Translations under genes and position numbers: made by a program
Notes under the pieces: generated by a model
The model's database searches: none
The model's input: the letters and a program-made list of their open reading frames with translations, nothing else
What the model was told of the DNA's origin: nothing
Shown: one piece after another, positions 1 to 7,739 of the stretch
Position numbering within the stretch: position 1 is the stretch's first letter
How the letters are laid out: every line of letters begins with the position of its first letter
Virus record (IMG/VR): IMGVR_UViG_2534681675_000018
Location: 1 to 11,212 of that record
Strand: one strand, 5' to 3'
Source: a virus
Taxonomy: Duplodnaviria; Heunggongvirae; Uroviricota; Caudoviricetes
DNA length: 11,212 nt

Positions 1-435
1 GTGTTTTTTAGTCCATCTTTAAATATTTTTGTGAATCCTGCGCTTAAGGATGACTACATCAATGTAAATTCATGGCCAGATGATGCTGTTGAAGTTGATG
101 AGCAGGTGTATATTGAGTTTTCCGGATTACCGCCGAAAGGAAAAATCCGTATCGCTGGGGAAAATGGTTTTCCTGCATGGTCTGAAATTCCACCACCAAC
201 GCATGAGGAACAGATTGCCGCAGCCGAATTGAAAAAACAGCAATTGATTAATCAGTCCAACGAATATATGAATACCAAGCAATGGCCTGGTAAAGCGGCT
301 ATTGGTCGTCTGAAAGGTGAGGAACTGGCGCAATATAATTTGTGGCTGGATTATCTGGACGCACTGGAACTGGTTGATACCTCCAGTGCTCCAGATATTG
401 AATGGCCTACGCCTCCGGCAGTTCAGGCCAGATGA
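1..435 (+). CDS. tfa: Tail fibre assembly protein (Tfa, P2 gpG / Mu U-like chaperone); 5' end may lie upstream of the window
   Basis: C-terminus ...NLWLDYLDALELVDTSSAPDIEWPTPPA matches the conserved Tfa C-terminal motif and parallels the C-terminus of the convergent copy at 407..1000. ORF starts with GTG at base 1, so the N-terminus is uncertain. Stop TGA at 433..435. Confidence 0.78.
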   Translation: MFFSPSLNIFVNPALKDDYINVNSWPDDAVEVDEQVYIEFSGLPPKGKIRIAGENGFPAWSEIPPPTHEEQIAAAELKKQQLINQSNEYMNTKQWPGKAAIGRLKGEELAQYNLWLDYLDALELVDTSSAPDIEWPTPPAVQAR

Positions 436-1000
436 CATCCGGCGCGGTGCTCGTATCTGTTGCCGTCACCGCGTCAATGTAATCAAGCACGGCGTTAAGC
501 CGGGTGGTTTCTGCCTGCGTCAGCTTCCGCCCGGCCTGTAATTTCAGCTGAATCAGACTGATGGAAGCCATTGCAGCATCAATCAGTGACTGGCGCTGTG
601 CTTCTGCCGCTTCTACTGCGGCACCGTGTTGTGCCTCAGTATCTGTCACCCATTTCTCACCATCCCATTTATCGTATGGCGTTAACGGTGAAAGCGTGAC
701 ATAACCGTCTTTGATGGCACCGATATAATCCACTGTAACAGCAGCACCATTTTCGATTGAGTAAACAGTCTCATTGCGATGGTCTTCTTCATGGCTCCAT
801 CCCTTACCTGTAAATACTGCCACTCTTCCCGGAATGTTTTCGCCAGGGTCAATACCAGTTGAACAGGCGGGCATACTTACGCCAGTATTAATATATTCAT
901 CAGACCAGCCCGTATACTCAGATGTTTCAGCATCATAATAAAAACAACGCATATCACCCGGCACTGTAGCCAGCCCATTTTCATCAAAAACAGGTTTCAT
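407..1000 (-). CDS. tfa: Tail fibre assembly protein, alternate copy (Tfa') inside the invertible segment
   Basis: 197 aa ending ...LNAVLDYIDAVTATDTSTAPDVIWPELPEA (conserved Tfa C-terminus). Convergent with and overlapping the 3' end of the plus-strand tfa by 29 nt. Its ATG overlaps the TAA of the upstream fibre cassette by 1 nt (TAATG), implying translational coupling. Confidence 0.85.
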   Translation of the reverse strand: MKPVFDENGLATVPGDMRCFYYDAETSEYTGWSDEYINTGVSMPACSTGIDPGENIPGRVAVFTGKGWSHEEDHRNETVYSIENGAAVTVDYIGAIKDGYVTLSPLTPYDKWDGEKWVTDTEAQHGAAVEAAEAQRQSLIDAAMASISLIQLKLQAGRKLTQAETTRLNAVLDYIDAVTATDTSTAPDVIWPELPEA

Positions 1001-1506
1001 TATGCAGCCCTCACAATATAATTAAAGGCGATGTTACGTGGACGGTTTTCATTAGCTGTTGGCACGACACGAGAGGCGTCGAATCCAAGGTCATCGGTTT
1101 TGTCTATAGTAGTTGTGTTATTCGGCATTCTCGCTGATCGTGTTCCTGCATCGTAAAAAGCCCCTCTGATTGCATCAAAAGACATACCGATCCCGCCATC
1201 TGCGAATCCCTCAATATTTCTTATTGCATCCCCCTGTGAAGATAATAATTGTCGCCCGGCATCCACTCCACGTCCGTCATCCCAGCCACGAATAAATTCA
1301 CCGCGTAAATCAGGCAATTTATTTTTCGGATAAACCTTTGCCAGTTCCGGGTATTCTTCAGCAGAAAAAGCCGCACCGTTGCATTTCAGCCAGCCAGTAG
1401 GCGGTGTGGCTGAAGGCCACGGAACAGGCACACCAACGGGTAATGCTGAACCTTCTCCCAAACCAACGTTTAAGAAAATGCAGAGATTACGGCTAACTGG
1501 CATCAT
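1000..1506 (-). CDS. Alternate tail-fibre C-terminal (receptor-binding) cassette, promoterless in this orientation
   Basis: Gly-rich sequence with ...GVPVPWPSATPPTGW..., as I recall for variable C-terminal parts of Mu S/S', P1 S and e14/Rac Stf side fibres. No own promoter or RBS context; lies between tfa' and the invertase; contains a gix-like site near its 5' end. The first ATG reported by the ORF track is probably not a real start; the frame would be joined to a constant fibre N-terminus after inversion. Confidence 0.7.
   Translation of the reverse strand: MMPVSRNLCIFLNVGLGEGSALPVGVPVPWPSATPPTGWLKCNGAAFSAEEYPELAKVYPKNKLPDLRGEFIRGWDDGRGVDAGRQLLSSQGDAIRNIEGFADGGIGMSFDAIRGAFYDAGTRSARMPNNTTTIDKTDDLGFDASRVVPTANENRPRNIAFNYIVRAA
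1453..1478. other. Candidate Gin/Hin/Pin-type recombination (crossover) site
   Basis: TTCTCCCAAACC AA CGTTTAAGAAAA: two 12-bp imperfect inverted half-sites around a central AA. By eye about 19/26 identical to hixL (TTCTTGAAAACCAAGGTTTTTGATAA) and similar to gixL, both recalled from memory. Sits at the invertase-proximal edge of the alternate fibre cassette, where Mu gixR / e14 pix sites lie. Confidence 0.45.
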
Positions 1507-1533
1507 CCCCGGTTTTTATTCAGGGGATCCATC

Positions 1534-2133
1534 ATGCTTATTGGCTATGTCCGCGTATCAACAAATGACCAGAATACAGAATTGCAGCGTAACGCGCTGG
1601 AGTGCGCAGGATGTGAACTGATTTTTGAAGATAAAATCAGCGGAACGAAATCAGCCAGACCGGGATTGAAAAAACTGATCAGAACGCTATCAGAAGGAGA
1701 TACGCTGGTTGTCTGGAAGCTGGACAGACTGGGCAGAAGTATGAAACACCTGATCACGCTTATTGAGGAATTGCGGGAAAAAGGTGTTAATTTCCGTAGT
1801 CTGACGGACAGCATTGACACATCAACACCCATGGGGCGTTTCTTTTTTCACGTCATGGGGGCTTTAGCCGAAATGGAACGTGAATTAATTGTAGAGCGTA
1901 CACTGGCCGGGCTGGCGGCAGCGCGCGCACGGGGGCGCATTGGCGGACGTCGCCCGAAGTTGACAAAAGAACAACACGAGCAAATAGCGAGGCTGATTAA
2001 AAACGGTCATGACAGGAAACAACTGGCGATCATTTACGACATCGGCATATCGACGATTTATCGTTATCACCCTGTAGGCGATATACAGGCTGAAGAAACA
2101 ACCAGGCAGACTCAGGAAAATGAAAACCGCTAA
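1534..2133 (+). CDS. Serine DNA invertase (Gin/Hin/Pin/Cin family)
   Basis: 199 aa beginning MLIGYVRVSTNDQNTELQRNALECAGCE...VVWKLDRLGRSMKHLI...FRSLTDSIDTSTPMGRFFFHVMGALAEMERELI..., near-identical in motif content to Mu Gin as I recall it. Catalytic Ser in the RVS motif at residue 9; C-terminal HTH (GISTIYRY). SD AGGGGA 6 nt upstream of the ATG. Confidence 0.95.
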   Translation: MLIGYVRVSTNDQNTELQRNALECAGCELIFEDKISGTKSARPGLKKLIRTLSEGDTLVVWKLDRLGRSMKHLITLIEELREKGVNFRSLTDSIDTSTPMGRFFFHVMGALAEMERELIVERTLAGLAAARARGRIGGRRPKLTKEQHEQIARLIKNGHDRKQLAIIYDIGISTIYRYHPVGDIQAEETTRQTQENENR

Positions 2134-2152
2134 TCTGACCATTAGCGGTTTT
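2123..2152. terminator. Bidirectional hairpin between convergent invertase and gpU genes
   Basis: Perfect 12-bp inverted repeat AAAACCGCTAAT / ATTAGCGGTTTT separated by 6 bp (ctgacc), with A-run on one side and T-run on the other, so it can act as an intrinsic terminator in both directions. The invertase TAA stop (2131..2133) lies inside the left arm. Confidence 0.45.
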
Positions 2153-2159
2153 GCGTTAA

Positions 2160-2654
2160 TCAAAACAGCCCTTTAACGGAGCTGGCCGCGCTGTTAAGGG
2201 ATGATGTGACCTTATCTTTGAAGCCGGACAGCATATCGCTGAACGATGAGGATTGCAGGCGCTCCCGCAAATCCTCATCACAGCGTTCAAGGGTCAGTGA
2301 AAATTCTATCTTTTTCGCCTTACCGTAGCGATCAAACTCGGAGCGGGTCGTATTCGTTCCGGTCAGGACATACATGCCGTAAATCTGCCCGACACCATCA
2401 ATCAGAGGCCAGGGGCGTCCTGTATATGCCTGCGTGGTCAGCAACGAAAGCGATACTTCGCCACCTGTAATTTCAGGATAAAGCACACCAGAAAGAACGA
2501 TGCGATCATCGCCTGCCCCGATATACTGCCAGCTTGCTGAACGGTTAACGCGTTCATTTTTCACATGCCGCCAGCTTTTGTTTTGCTGTAACTGCTGATG
2601 CGGCAATGTGCGCAGCTCAAAAACAAACATGCCGTAGATCATCATCATGGCCAT
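2160..2654 (-). CDS. U: P2 gpU-like tail protein
   Basis: 164 aa, M(A)MMMIYGMFVFELRTLPHQQLQ... resembles the N-terminus of P2 gpU family tail proteins. Immediately downstream of the tape measure on the same strand (T stop 2661..2663, GAGGAG SD in between). True start may be the third ATG (2648). Confidence 0.75.
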   Translation of the reverse strand: MAMMMIYGMFVFELRTLPHQQLQQNKSWRHVKNERVNRSASWQYIGAGDDRIVLSGVLYPEITGGEVSLSLLTTQAYTGRPWPLIDGVGQIYGMYVLTGTNTTRSEFDRYGKAKKIEFSLTLERCDEDLRERLQSSSFSDMLSGFKDKVTSSLNSAASSVKGLF

Positions 2655-2660
2655 GACTCC

Positions 2661-5498
2661 TCAATCTTTATCGTAAAAACTGCCACGCCCGGCACGGGCG
2701 CGCCGTTCCATTTCTGCCCTGACCATTTCACCGACCAGTTTCGCCAGTTCGCGGGGATTCTGCGTAACAACGTTATGCAGATGAACATGAATTTCACCGC
2801 CAAATCCGGAGACAACAGGCTCCCGGTTACGGGAAGTTGCAGGAACTGATGCCACTGGCGATCGTATGGCCTCCGCCACCGGGCGGGAGCTGGCCGCAAC
2901 AACAGGGACCAGCGCCGGAGGCAGAGGAGTCGGGACCACGGGTGTGATGTTGATTGCGGAAGCTGGCTTACTGATCTGCGCAATCTTCCGCTCCTGCCAC
3001 TCCCCACGAACAGCAAGTGCGCGGGGCAGGTTCTTAAAGACAATATCGCCGGGGCCAATGCGTTTTTTCGTCTCATCAACCAGCTTACCTGTGTTATCAG
3101 CAATTTTGCTGAGTCTGCGTAGCGTACCGGTATTGCTGTCTGTGAGCGGTTTGTTGTCTTTGGGTTTATCACCTCCGGTGCCATTTTCCACAGGCTTCGG
3201 CGGATTGATTTTCGCCAGGTCCCCCTGAAGCAAGGCAACCTTGTCCTGAAGAATGGCCGCACGCTGTGCGTCTTCGATTTTCTTTCTCGCCCTTTCCGCT
3301 TCATCCGGAAGCACACCGAGTTTTTCAAGTATCCACGCCAGCGTATCCAGCAGCATTTTTGCAGGCGTCAGAACAAGCTGTAGCGCGCCACCAAGAACGT
3401 TACCGAATATCTCGCCAGCACTGGTACATTTATCCAGCGTTTCCTTGCTGGACTCCATCGGTGACAGCAGCGATTTAAACCAGTTAAAGAGCTGAATAAT
3501 CCCATCGCGCACGACATCAAAAACAGGACCAAACCGTTCAAAGGTTTCGCGCAACGGAGCCAGCCGTTCCATAATCCCACTGAACACCCCGGCATAAAAC
3601 GCCTTGATGGGTTCCCAGTATTTCCAGATGAGAACCGCCGCAGCCACAAACGCGGCAACAATCAATCCGACCGGACTGAACAGCGCCCCGATAGCGCCAC
3701 CCAGCAACGAGATGGAACCTGTTACCATTCCCCATAGTGCTGGCAGCACCCTGACGACATTCATTGATCCGGTCAGGAGAGAAAAACCAAGACGTAACGT
3801 GGCCAGTTTCCCGTGAAGCACGCCAATAACCAGCGACAACGAGCCAATCGTTGCAGTCATTGCCAGCAACGCACCGCCTGCTATCAGTAGCTGGCGCGTC
3901 AGTGCCGGATGGGCCTGCGCCAGCGCCGTCACCCTTGATACCACCCGCGTGAGCCACTGCGTGACAGAACGCAGCGGGCCGTCAATCAGATCTGCAATGC
4001 GGATGCGCAACCCTTCCCATGCACTGCCGAGTGATTTCAGATCGCCATCAAGGTTGTTGGCCATAACCTTTGCCGTGCGTTCAGCCTCACCGCGTGCGCC
4101 TTCAAGTTCTTTTCTCAGTTTGGGTAAGGAACCGTCACCTGCCGCATCAACGAGGGCCATAAACGATGTGAAAGCCTCTTCCCCGGCGATGTCCTTAAAG
4201 AAGGATACCCGGTCAACTTCCCCGTATTTGCGGGTGGCTTTATAAAGGTCGGCCAGCACATCCTCCATCGGGCGCATTTTGCCGTTCGCGTCAGAAACTG
4301 CCACACCAAGCTCTTTCAGCGCCTCTGCTGCTGCCTTTGGCGGTGATGCCAGACGAGCCAGGCTGGCACGCATTGCCGTCCCGGCATCACTCCCTCTGAT
4401 ACCCATATTCGCCAGCACGCCCGCCATCGCTGCGGCCTGCTCCAGCGATATTCCCAGCTTACCCGCCACCGGACCTGCATATTTCATGGTTTCGCCCAGT
4501 GCGCGAAGGTCAGTGTTGGTACGGGTAAACGCTGCGGTGAGTGTGTCACCAACCCGGTCCATCTGGTCAGCAGAAAGGCCGAACTGCGTCAGGATATTTG
4601 AGCCAATATCCGCCGTCTCGCCGAGATCCATGCCGCCAGCCGTTGCCATGCTCAGCACGCCCGGAAGCGCAGCCTGAATGGCCTGCGGTGTGAAGCCAGC
4701 CATTGCAAGAAATGCCTGTCCACTGGCGGCATCGCCTGCGGTGAACTGCGTTTCAGAGCCAAGTTTTAACGCCTGCTCACGCAGCGCCTTAAACTGTGGG
4801 CTGTTCTGGTCGATTCGCGTCAGTGCCTGAACGCGGGACATCTCTTTCCCGAACCCGATCGCAGGCTGCAAAAAACGCCCGGCAGCATAGCCGCCAGCCG
4901 CTGCCGCACCAATTGCCAGCGCACCACCTGTTTTCAGTTTTCCAGCAGTTTCCTGCGCGCGCGAATACCGCTCACGCGCCCGCGTTACACGCGCAAGCGT
5001 CTGCCGTTCGCGTTCAAGCTGGTTGTTGTACTGTTCGGTGCGTCTGATGGCCTGCTGGATGGTGTTATCGCTGCCTGTCAGGGAAATGCCGTGGCGTTTC
5101 AGCTCTCCGCCAAGCTCCCGCATTTTCTGAATTTCCCGTGTGCGCGATTCATTCAGGCGTTCAAGCCGGGTGCTTAACTGCTGCATCAGCTTTTGTTGTT
5201 TTTCGCTGAGCACTGTACCCGTGCGTTGTAACTGATTAAGGGCGTTAAGCTGGCGTCGTGCTTTCACGATGCTCGCATCCGCTTTACTGACAGCGTCACG
5301 GGCGCGCTCAAATGAACGCGCCTGACGCTCGAGATTTTTGATCGCCCCCTGCGTTCGCTGGATGGAGTCACCAAACTGCCCCATCAGGCGGCGGGCGTTT
5401 TCGGCAGGCCGGGTCAGCCTGTCAACGGCGCTGAAAGCGACCCGGATATCAAGAGTCTTCATTGTCTGCATTCCCGCTGCGAAGTGCCGCCCGCTCAC
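2661..5498 (-). CDS. T: Tail tape measure protein (P2 gpT-like)
   Basis: 945 aa with coiled-coil-rich N-terminal third (repeated Q/R/E/L heptad-like stretches), Gly/Ala-rich central region and hydrophobic segments, typical of tape measure proteins. Position after the E/E' chaperone pair and before gpU. GTG start at 5498 is the longest option; ATG at 5471 or 5462 are alternatives. Confidence 0.9.
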   Translation of the reverse strand: MSGRHFAAGMQTMKTLDIRVAFSAVDRLTRPAENARRLMGQFGDSIQRTQGAIKNLERQARSFERARDAVSKADASIVKARRQLNALNQLQRTGTVLSEKQQKLMQQLSTRLERLNESRTREIQKMRELGGELKRHGISLTGSDNTIQQAIRRTEQYNNQLERERQTLARVTRARERYSRAQETAGKLKTGGALAIGAAAAGGYAAGRFLQPAIGFGKEMSRVQALTRIDQNSPQFKALREQALKLGSETQFTAGDAASGQAFLAMAGFTPQAIQAALPGVLSMATAGGMDLGETADIGSNILTQFGLSADQMDRVGDTLTAAFTRTNTDLRALGETMKYAGPVAGKLGISLEQAAAMAGVLANMGIRGSDAGTAMRASLARLASPPKAAAEALKELGVAVSDANGKMRPMEDVLADLYKATRKYGEVDRVSFFKDIAGEEAFTSFMALVDAAGDGSLPKLRKELEGARGEAERTAKVMANNLDGDLKSLGSAWEGLRIRIADLIDGPLRSVTQWLTRVVSRVTALAQAHPALTRQLLIAGGALLAMTATIGSLSLVIGVLHGKLATLRLGFSLLTGSMNVVRVLPALWGMVTGSISLLGGAIGALFSPVGLIVAAFVAAAVLIWKYWEPIKAFYAGVFSGIMERLAPLRETFERFGPVFDVVRDGIIQLFNWFKSLLSPMESSKETLDKCTSAGEIFGNVLGGALQLVLTPAKMLLDTLAWILEKLGVLPDEAERARKKIEDAQRAAILQDKVALLQGDLAKINPPKPVENGTGGDKPKDNKPLTDSNTGTLRRLSKIADNTGKLVDETKKRIGPGDIVFKNLPRALAVRGEWQERKIAQISKPASAINITPVVPTPLPPALVPVVAASSRPVAEAIRSPVASVPATSRNREPVVSGFGGEIHVHLHNVVTQNPRELAKLVGEMVRAEMERRARAGRGSFYDKD

Positions 5499-5987
5499 GC
5501 CAGCTAACCACTTCGCCGGGCGTCATCATGAAGATTTCGGCGGGCGACCAGTTAAAAATGGCGGCGATATCTGCCACCAGATCTTCGATGTGCTCAAAGC
5601 ACACCAGGGTGATTACGCTGCCGTCTCCTGCACGCTCTTCGCGCCAGAGTCTGGCTCGCTCATAAAATTTACAGCCACAGCGCACAACTGAATAAAATCG
5701 CGTGACGACATTTTTTTAATCATCACTTCATCCAGTCGTGGCGAGGTCACGCGAGGCAACAGCGTGAACATGGTATCCGCTTTCAGATTCAGCACATCAG
5801 ACAGCGACAGACCACGCAGGGATCCAGCCTGTTCAATAGCCCCGGTGATCTCCACATACGTGATTTTTTCGCCACCACGCTCAATTGGTCGGGTCAGTTT
5901 TACGCCACGTTCGACAGCCATATCCTCACCTGCCGTCACATCATCCACCACGGTGTTATTCCGGGTTTCAGTATCGATGTCTTTCAT
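5449..5987 (-). CDS. Predicted E+E' fusion chaperone made by programmed -1 ribosomal frameshift (E codons 1-92 joined to the -1 frame ending at 5449)
   Basis: The -1 frame relative to E has no stop from the A7 run at 5711..5717 down to 5449 and overlaps the tape measure start. This matches the conserved tail-chaperone frameshift architecture (lambda G/GT, P2 E/E+E'). Confidence 0.55.
5613..5987 (-). CDS. E: Tail assembly chaperone (P2 gpE-like)
   Basis: 124 aa ORF directly between the tube gene and the tape measure, with AAGGAG SD 6-7 nt upstream of the ATG at 5987. An A7 run (5711..5717) lies in the coding sequence and a -1 frame is open from that point to 5449, the hallmark of the E/E+E' pair. 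Confidence 0.7.
   Translation of the reverse strand: MKDIDTETRNNTVVDDVTAGEDMAVERGVKLTRPIERGGEKITYVEITGAIEQAGSLRGLSLSDVLNLKADTMFTLLPRVTSPRLDEVMIKKMSSRDFIQLCAVAVNFMSEPDSGAKSVQETAA
5711..5717 (-). other. Putative -1 frameshift slippery site (A AAA AAA on the coding strand)
   Basis: T7 on the plus strand = A7 on the coding strand, read as AUU AAA AAA AUG in the E frame. Slipping back one base on the Lys codons reads AAU GUC GUC... in the open E' frame. Confidence 0.5.
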
Positions 5988-6042
5988 CAGTTTTCTCCTT
6001 TTCAGTCAGAGGCGACGCACTGCGCCGCCTGCATATTACTTA

Positions 6043-6555
6043 TCAGCCAAGCCCGAGCGCGGAACGGATACGGTCAGGCACAATGTCCTTGCCGTCCTTC
6101 CGGTAGATGTGGTTCAACAGGTCGATTTCCCACAGCGGGCGATCGTTAACGCTCAGCTTGTAGTAGGTGTTTTTGACAGCGTAAGTGTGTGATGTGGCTT
6201 CGCCCTGTTTGGCTTCCCCCATATCAATTTCCGTCACACGTCCGCGCATCTCGATTTCATACAGATCGCTTTCTGCATCGGTGTAGTATTCACCCGCAAA
6301 ACGCAGCAGCGTGCCGTCAATCGCGCCGCCATATTTAAGGAACAGCGCACGAACAGCTCCCCCCATGACAAAACTCGCATCAAGCGCGGAGTCGTCCAGA
6401 CCGAGATCAATACTTACCGCCCCCATCATGCCACCACCACGATAGCTGTCGGTTTTGCGCGTCAGTTTGGGCGGCGTGACGGATGTCACTTTACCCACTT
6501 CGTTTTCACCATCCACAAACAACGTAAAAAAGCGAAGATGTTTTGGTACAGCCAT
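6043..6555 (-). CDS. FII: Tail tube protein (P2 FII-like)
   Basis: 170 aa immediately downstream of the sheath gene. Sheath stop and tube start overlap (TGATG) at 6553..6557. Size and position match the contractile-tail tube protein. Confidence 0.88.
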   Translation of the reverse strand: MAVPKHLRFFTLFVDGENEVGKVTSVTPPKLTRKTDSYRGGGMMGAVSIDLGLDDSALDASFVMGGAVRALFLKYGGAIDGTLLRFAGEYYTDAESDLYEIEMRGRVTEIDMGEAKQGEATSHTYAVKNTYYKLSVNDRPLWEIDLLNHIYRKDGKDIVPDRIRSALGLG

Positions 6556-7739
6556 CAGGCACCTCCCAGCACCGCAAATGCGGGACCAAAGAATTCATCA
6601 GTAAACGTCTGGTAAAGCTCCATGTCTTCCAGCGGGGGAACAGGCGTATATTTGTAGCGAATACGCACACGTCCCTGACGTAAATTCGTGGTGCCGTTAT
6701 CCACCACGTCATACCAGCACTCCGCACCAATCAGTTTCCCGGCAGTAACCAGCGAATCCAGTTTTGCCCTGATGGCGCTGATAACATCCTTCACGTTCGC
6801 AGGTGTCAGTGGACTGTCGATGGTTTCAAACTGCGCTTCCGCAATTGAATCAGCCAGCACCTGTGCGGTTCGGGTATACACCTCAAAGATGTAGGCGTTC
6901 GTTTCCGGTGTGCGGTTGCCCCAGAAGCGGAACCCGTTGCGACGAATAATGGTCGTGATTTCTTTGTTGTTGAGGCTGTTGGCATCGCTGTCTTCGGCCT
7001 GCAACGACCAGAACACATGCCTGGACATCCCCAGCACATTTTTAACCGGAACGTTGGACAGCGATTTGTGCCAGCCCTGTTCATGGTCAATGTACGCACG
7101 AAGGCCGCACGCATAGGCAGGCGCGGGGAACGTTTCGTTTTCGCCACTTTTCGGGTTGTAGGCGATGAAGTCCGGCCATAAGAGCATCACTTCACGTTCG
7201 TTGAATTTCTGGCGGTAGGTAATCGCTTCAGCCATCGTGTTACAGCCGTGACATGAGGCATACACAAATGCGCGCAGTTTACCCGCAATCACGCACAGGG
7301 ATTTTGTCACCGCCTCCGTGTCCAGCTCCGGCGCGGCCAGAATACGCGGACGGTATCCGATGCTTTCATCCTGCTCTGCAACAAGCAGCGCATACATCCC
7401 CGTATAGCTGCCGTCATCCTCAGAACCACCGATAACCAGTTGATCCTGCGTCTTTTCGTCTTCTTCTTTGTGTTCAGCCACGCGAACGACGATCACCTTT
7501 GTGCTCACCTGGTCTGCGATGGCCTTAAGCGCACGATAAAGCGTCCCCGTTGTCCCGCATTTCCCCAGCACGTCATTGACGCGGGTCAGCAGTGTGGGCT
7601 TGTTCAGCGGGAACAGCTTCGCGTCCGCATCATCCGCCGTTGCCACGATACCGATAACGCTGGAATCAACATCGTTAATCGCTGTTACCAGGTCGGTATT
7701 TTCCGTAACACGGGCACCATGAAAACGAGTTTCACTCAT
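6555..7739 (-). CDS. FI: Contractile tail sheath protein (P2 FI-like)
   Basis: 394 aa, the size of P2 FI; first gene of the sheath-tube-chaperone-tape measure order; AAGGGG SD upstream of the ATG at 7739. Confidence 0.9.
   Translation of the reverse strand: MSETRFHGARVTENTDLVTAINDVDSSVIGIVATADDADAKLFPLNKPTLLTRVNDVLGKCGTTGTLYRALKAIADQVSTKVIVVRVAEHKEEDEKTQDQLVIGGSEDDGSYTGMYALLVAEQDESIGYRPRILAAPELDTEAVTKSLCVIAGKLRAFVYASCHGCNTMAEAITYRQKFNEREVMLLWPDFIAYNPKSGENETFPAPAYACGLRAYIDHEQGWHKSLSNVPVKNVLGMSRHVFWSLQAEDSDANSLNNKEITTIIRRNGFRFWGNRTPETNAYIFEVYTRTAQVLADSIAEAQFETIDSPLTPANVKDVISAIRAKLDSLVTAGKLIGAECWYDVVDNGTTNLRQGRVRIRYKYTPVPPLEDMELYQTFTDEFFGPAFAVLGGA

Noticed and set aside
970-996. hix half-site-like sequence TCATCAAAAACAGGTTTCAT at the fibre-cassette/tfa' junction
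   Set aside because: Only one half resembles the consensus and the spacing is wrong. It is more simply explained as coding sequence of the tfa' N-terminus (…PVFDEN…) on the opposite strand.
1379-1621. Plus-strand 80-aa ORF bridging the fibre cassette and the invertase start
   Set aside because: It overlaps the crossover site and the invertase start in another frame; the well-supported invertase ORF begins at 1534 with its own SD.
2645-5047. Many overlapping ORFs in the ORF track inside the tape measure gene on both strands (for example 2645..3328 minus, 2866..3228 plus, 3253..3495 plus, 3538..3957 minus, 3949..4245 plus, 4279..4677 plus, 4796..5047 plus)
   Set aside because: They lie entirely within the 945-aa tape measure ORF in alternative frames, encode low-complexity Ala/Arg/Ser/Pro-rich products typical of off-frame translation of GC-rich coding DNA, and lack start or RBS context.
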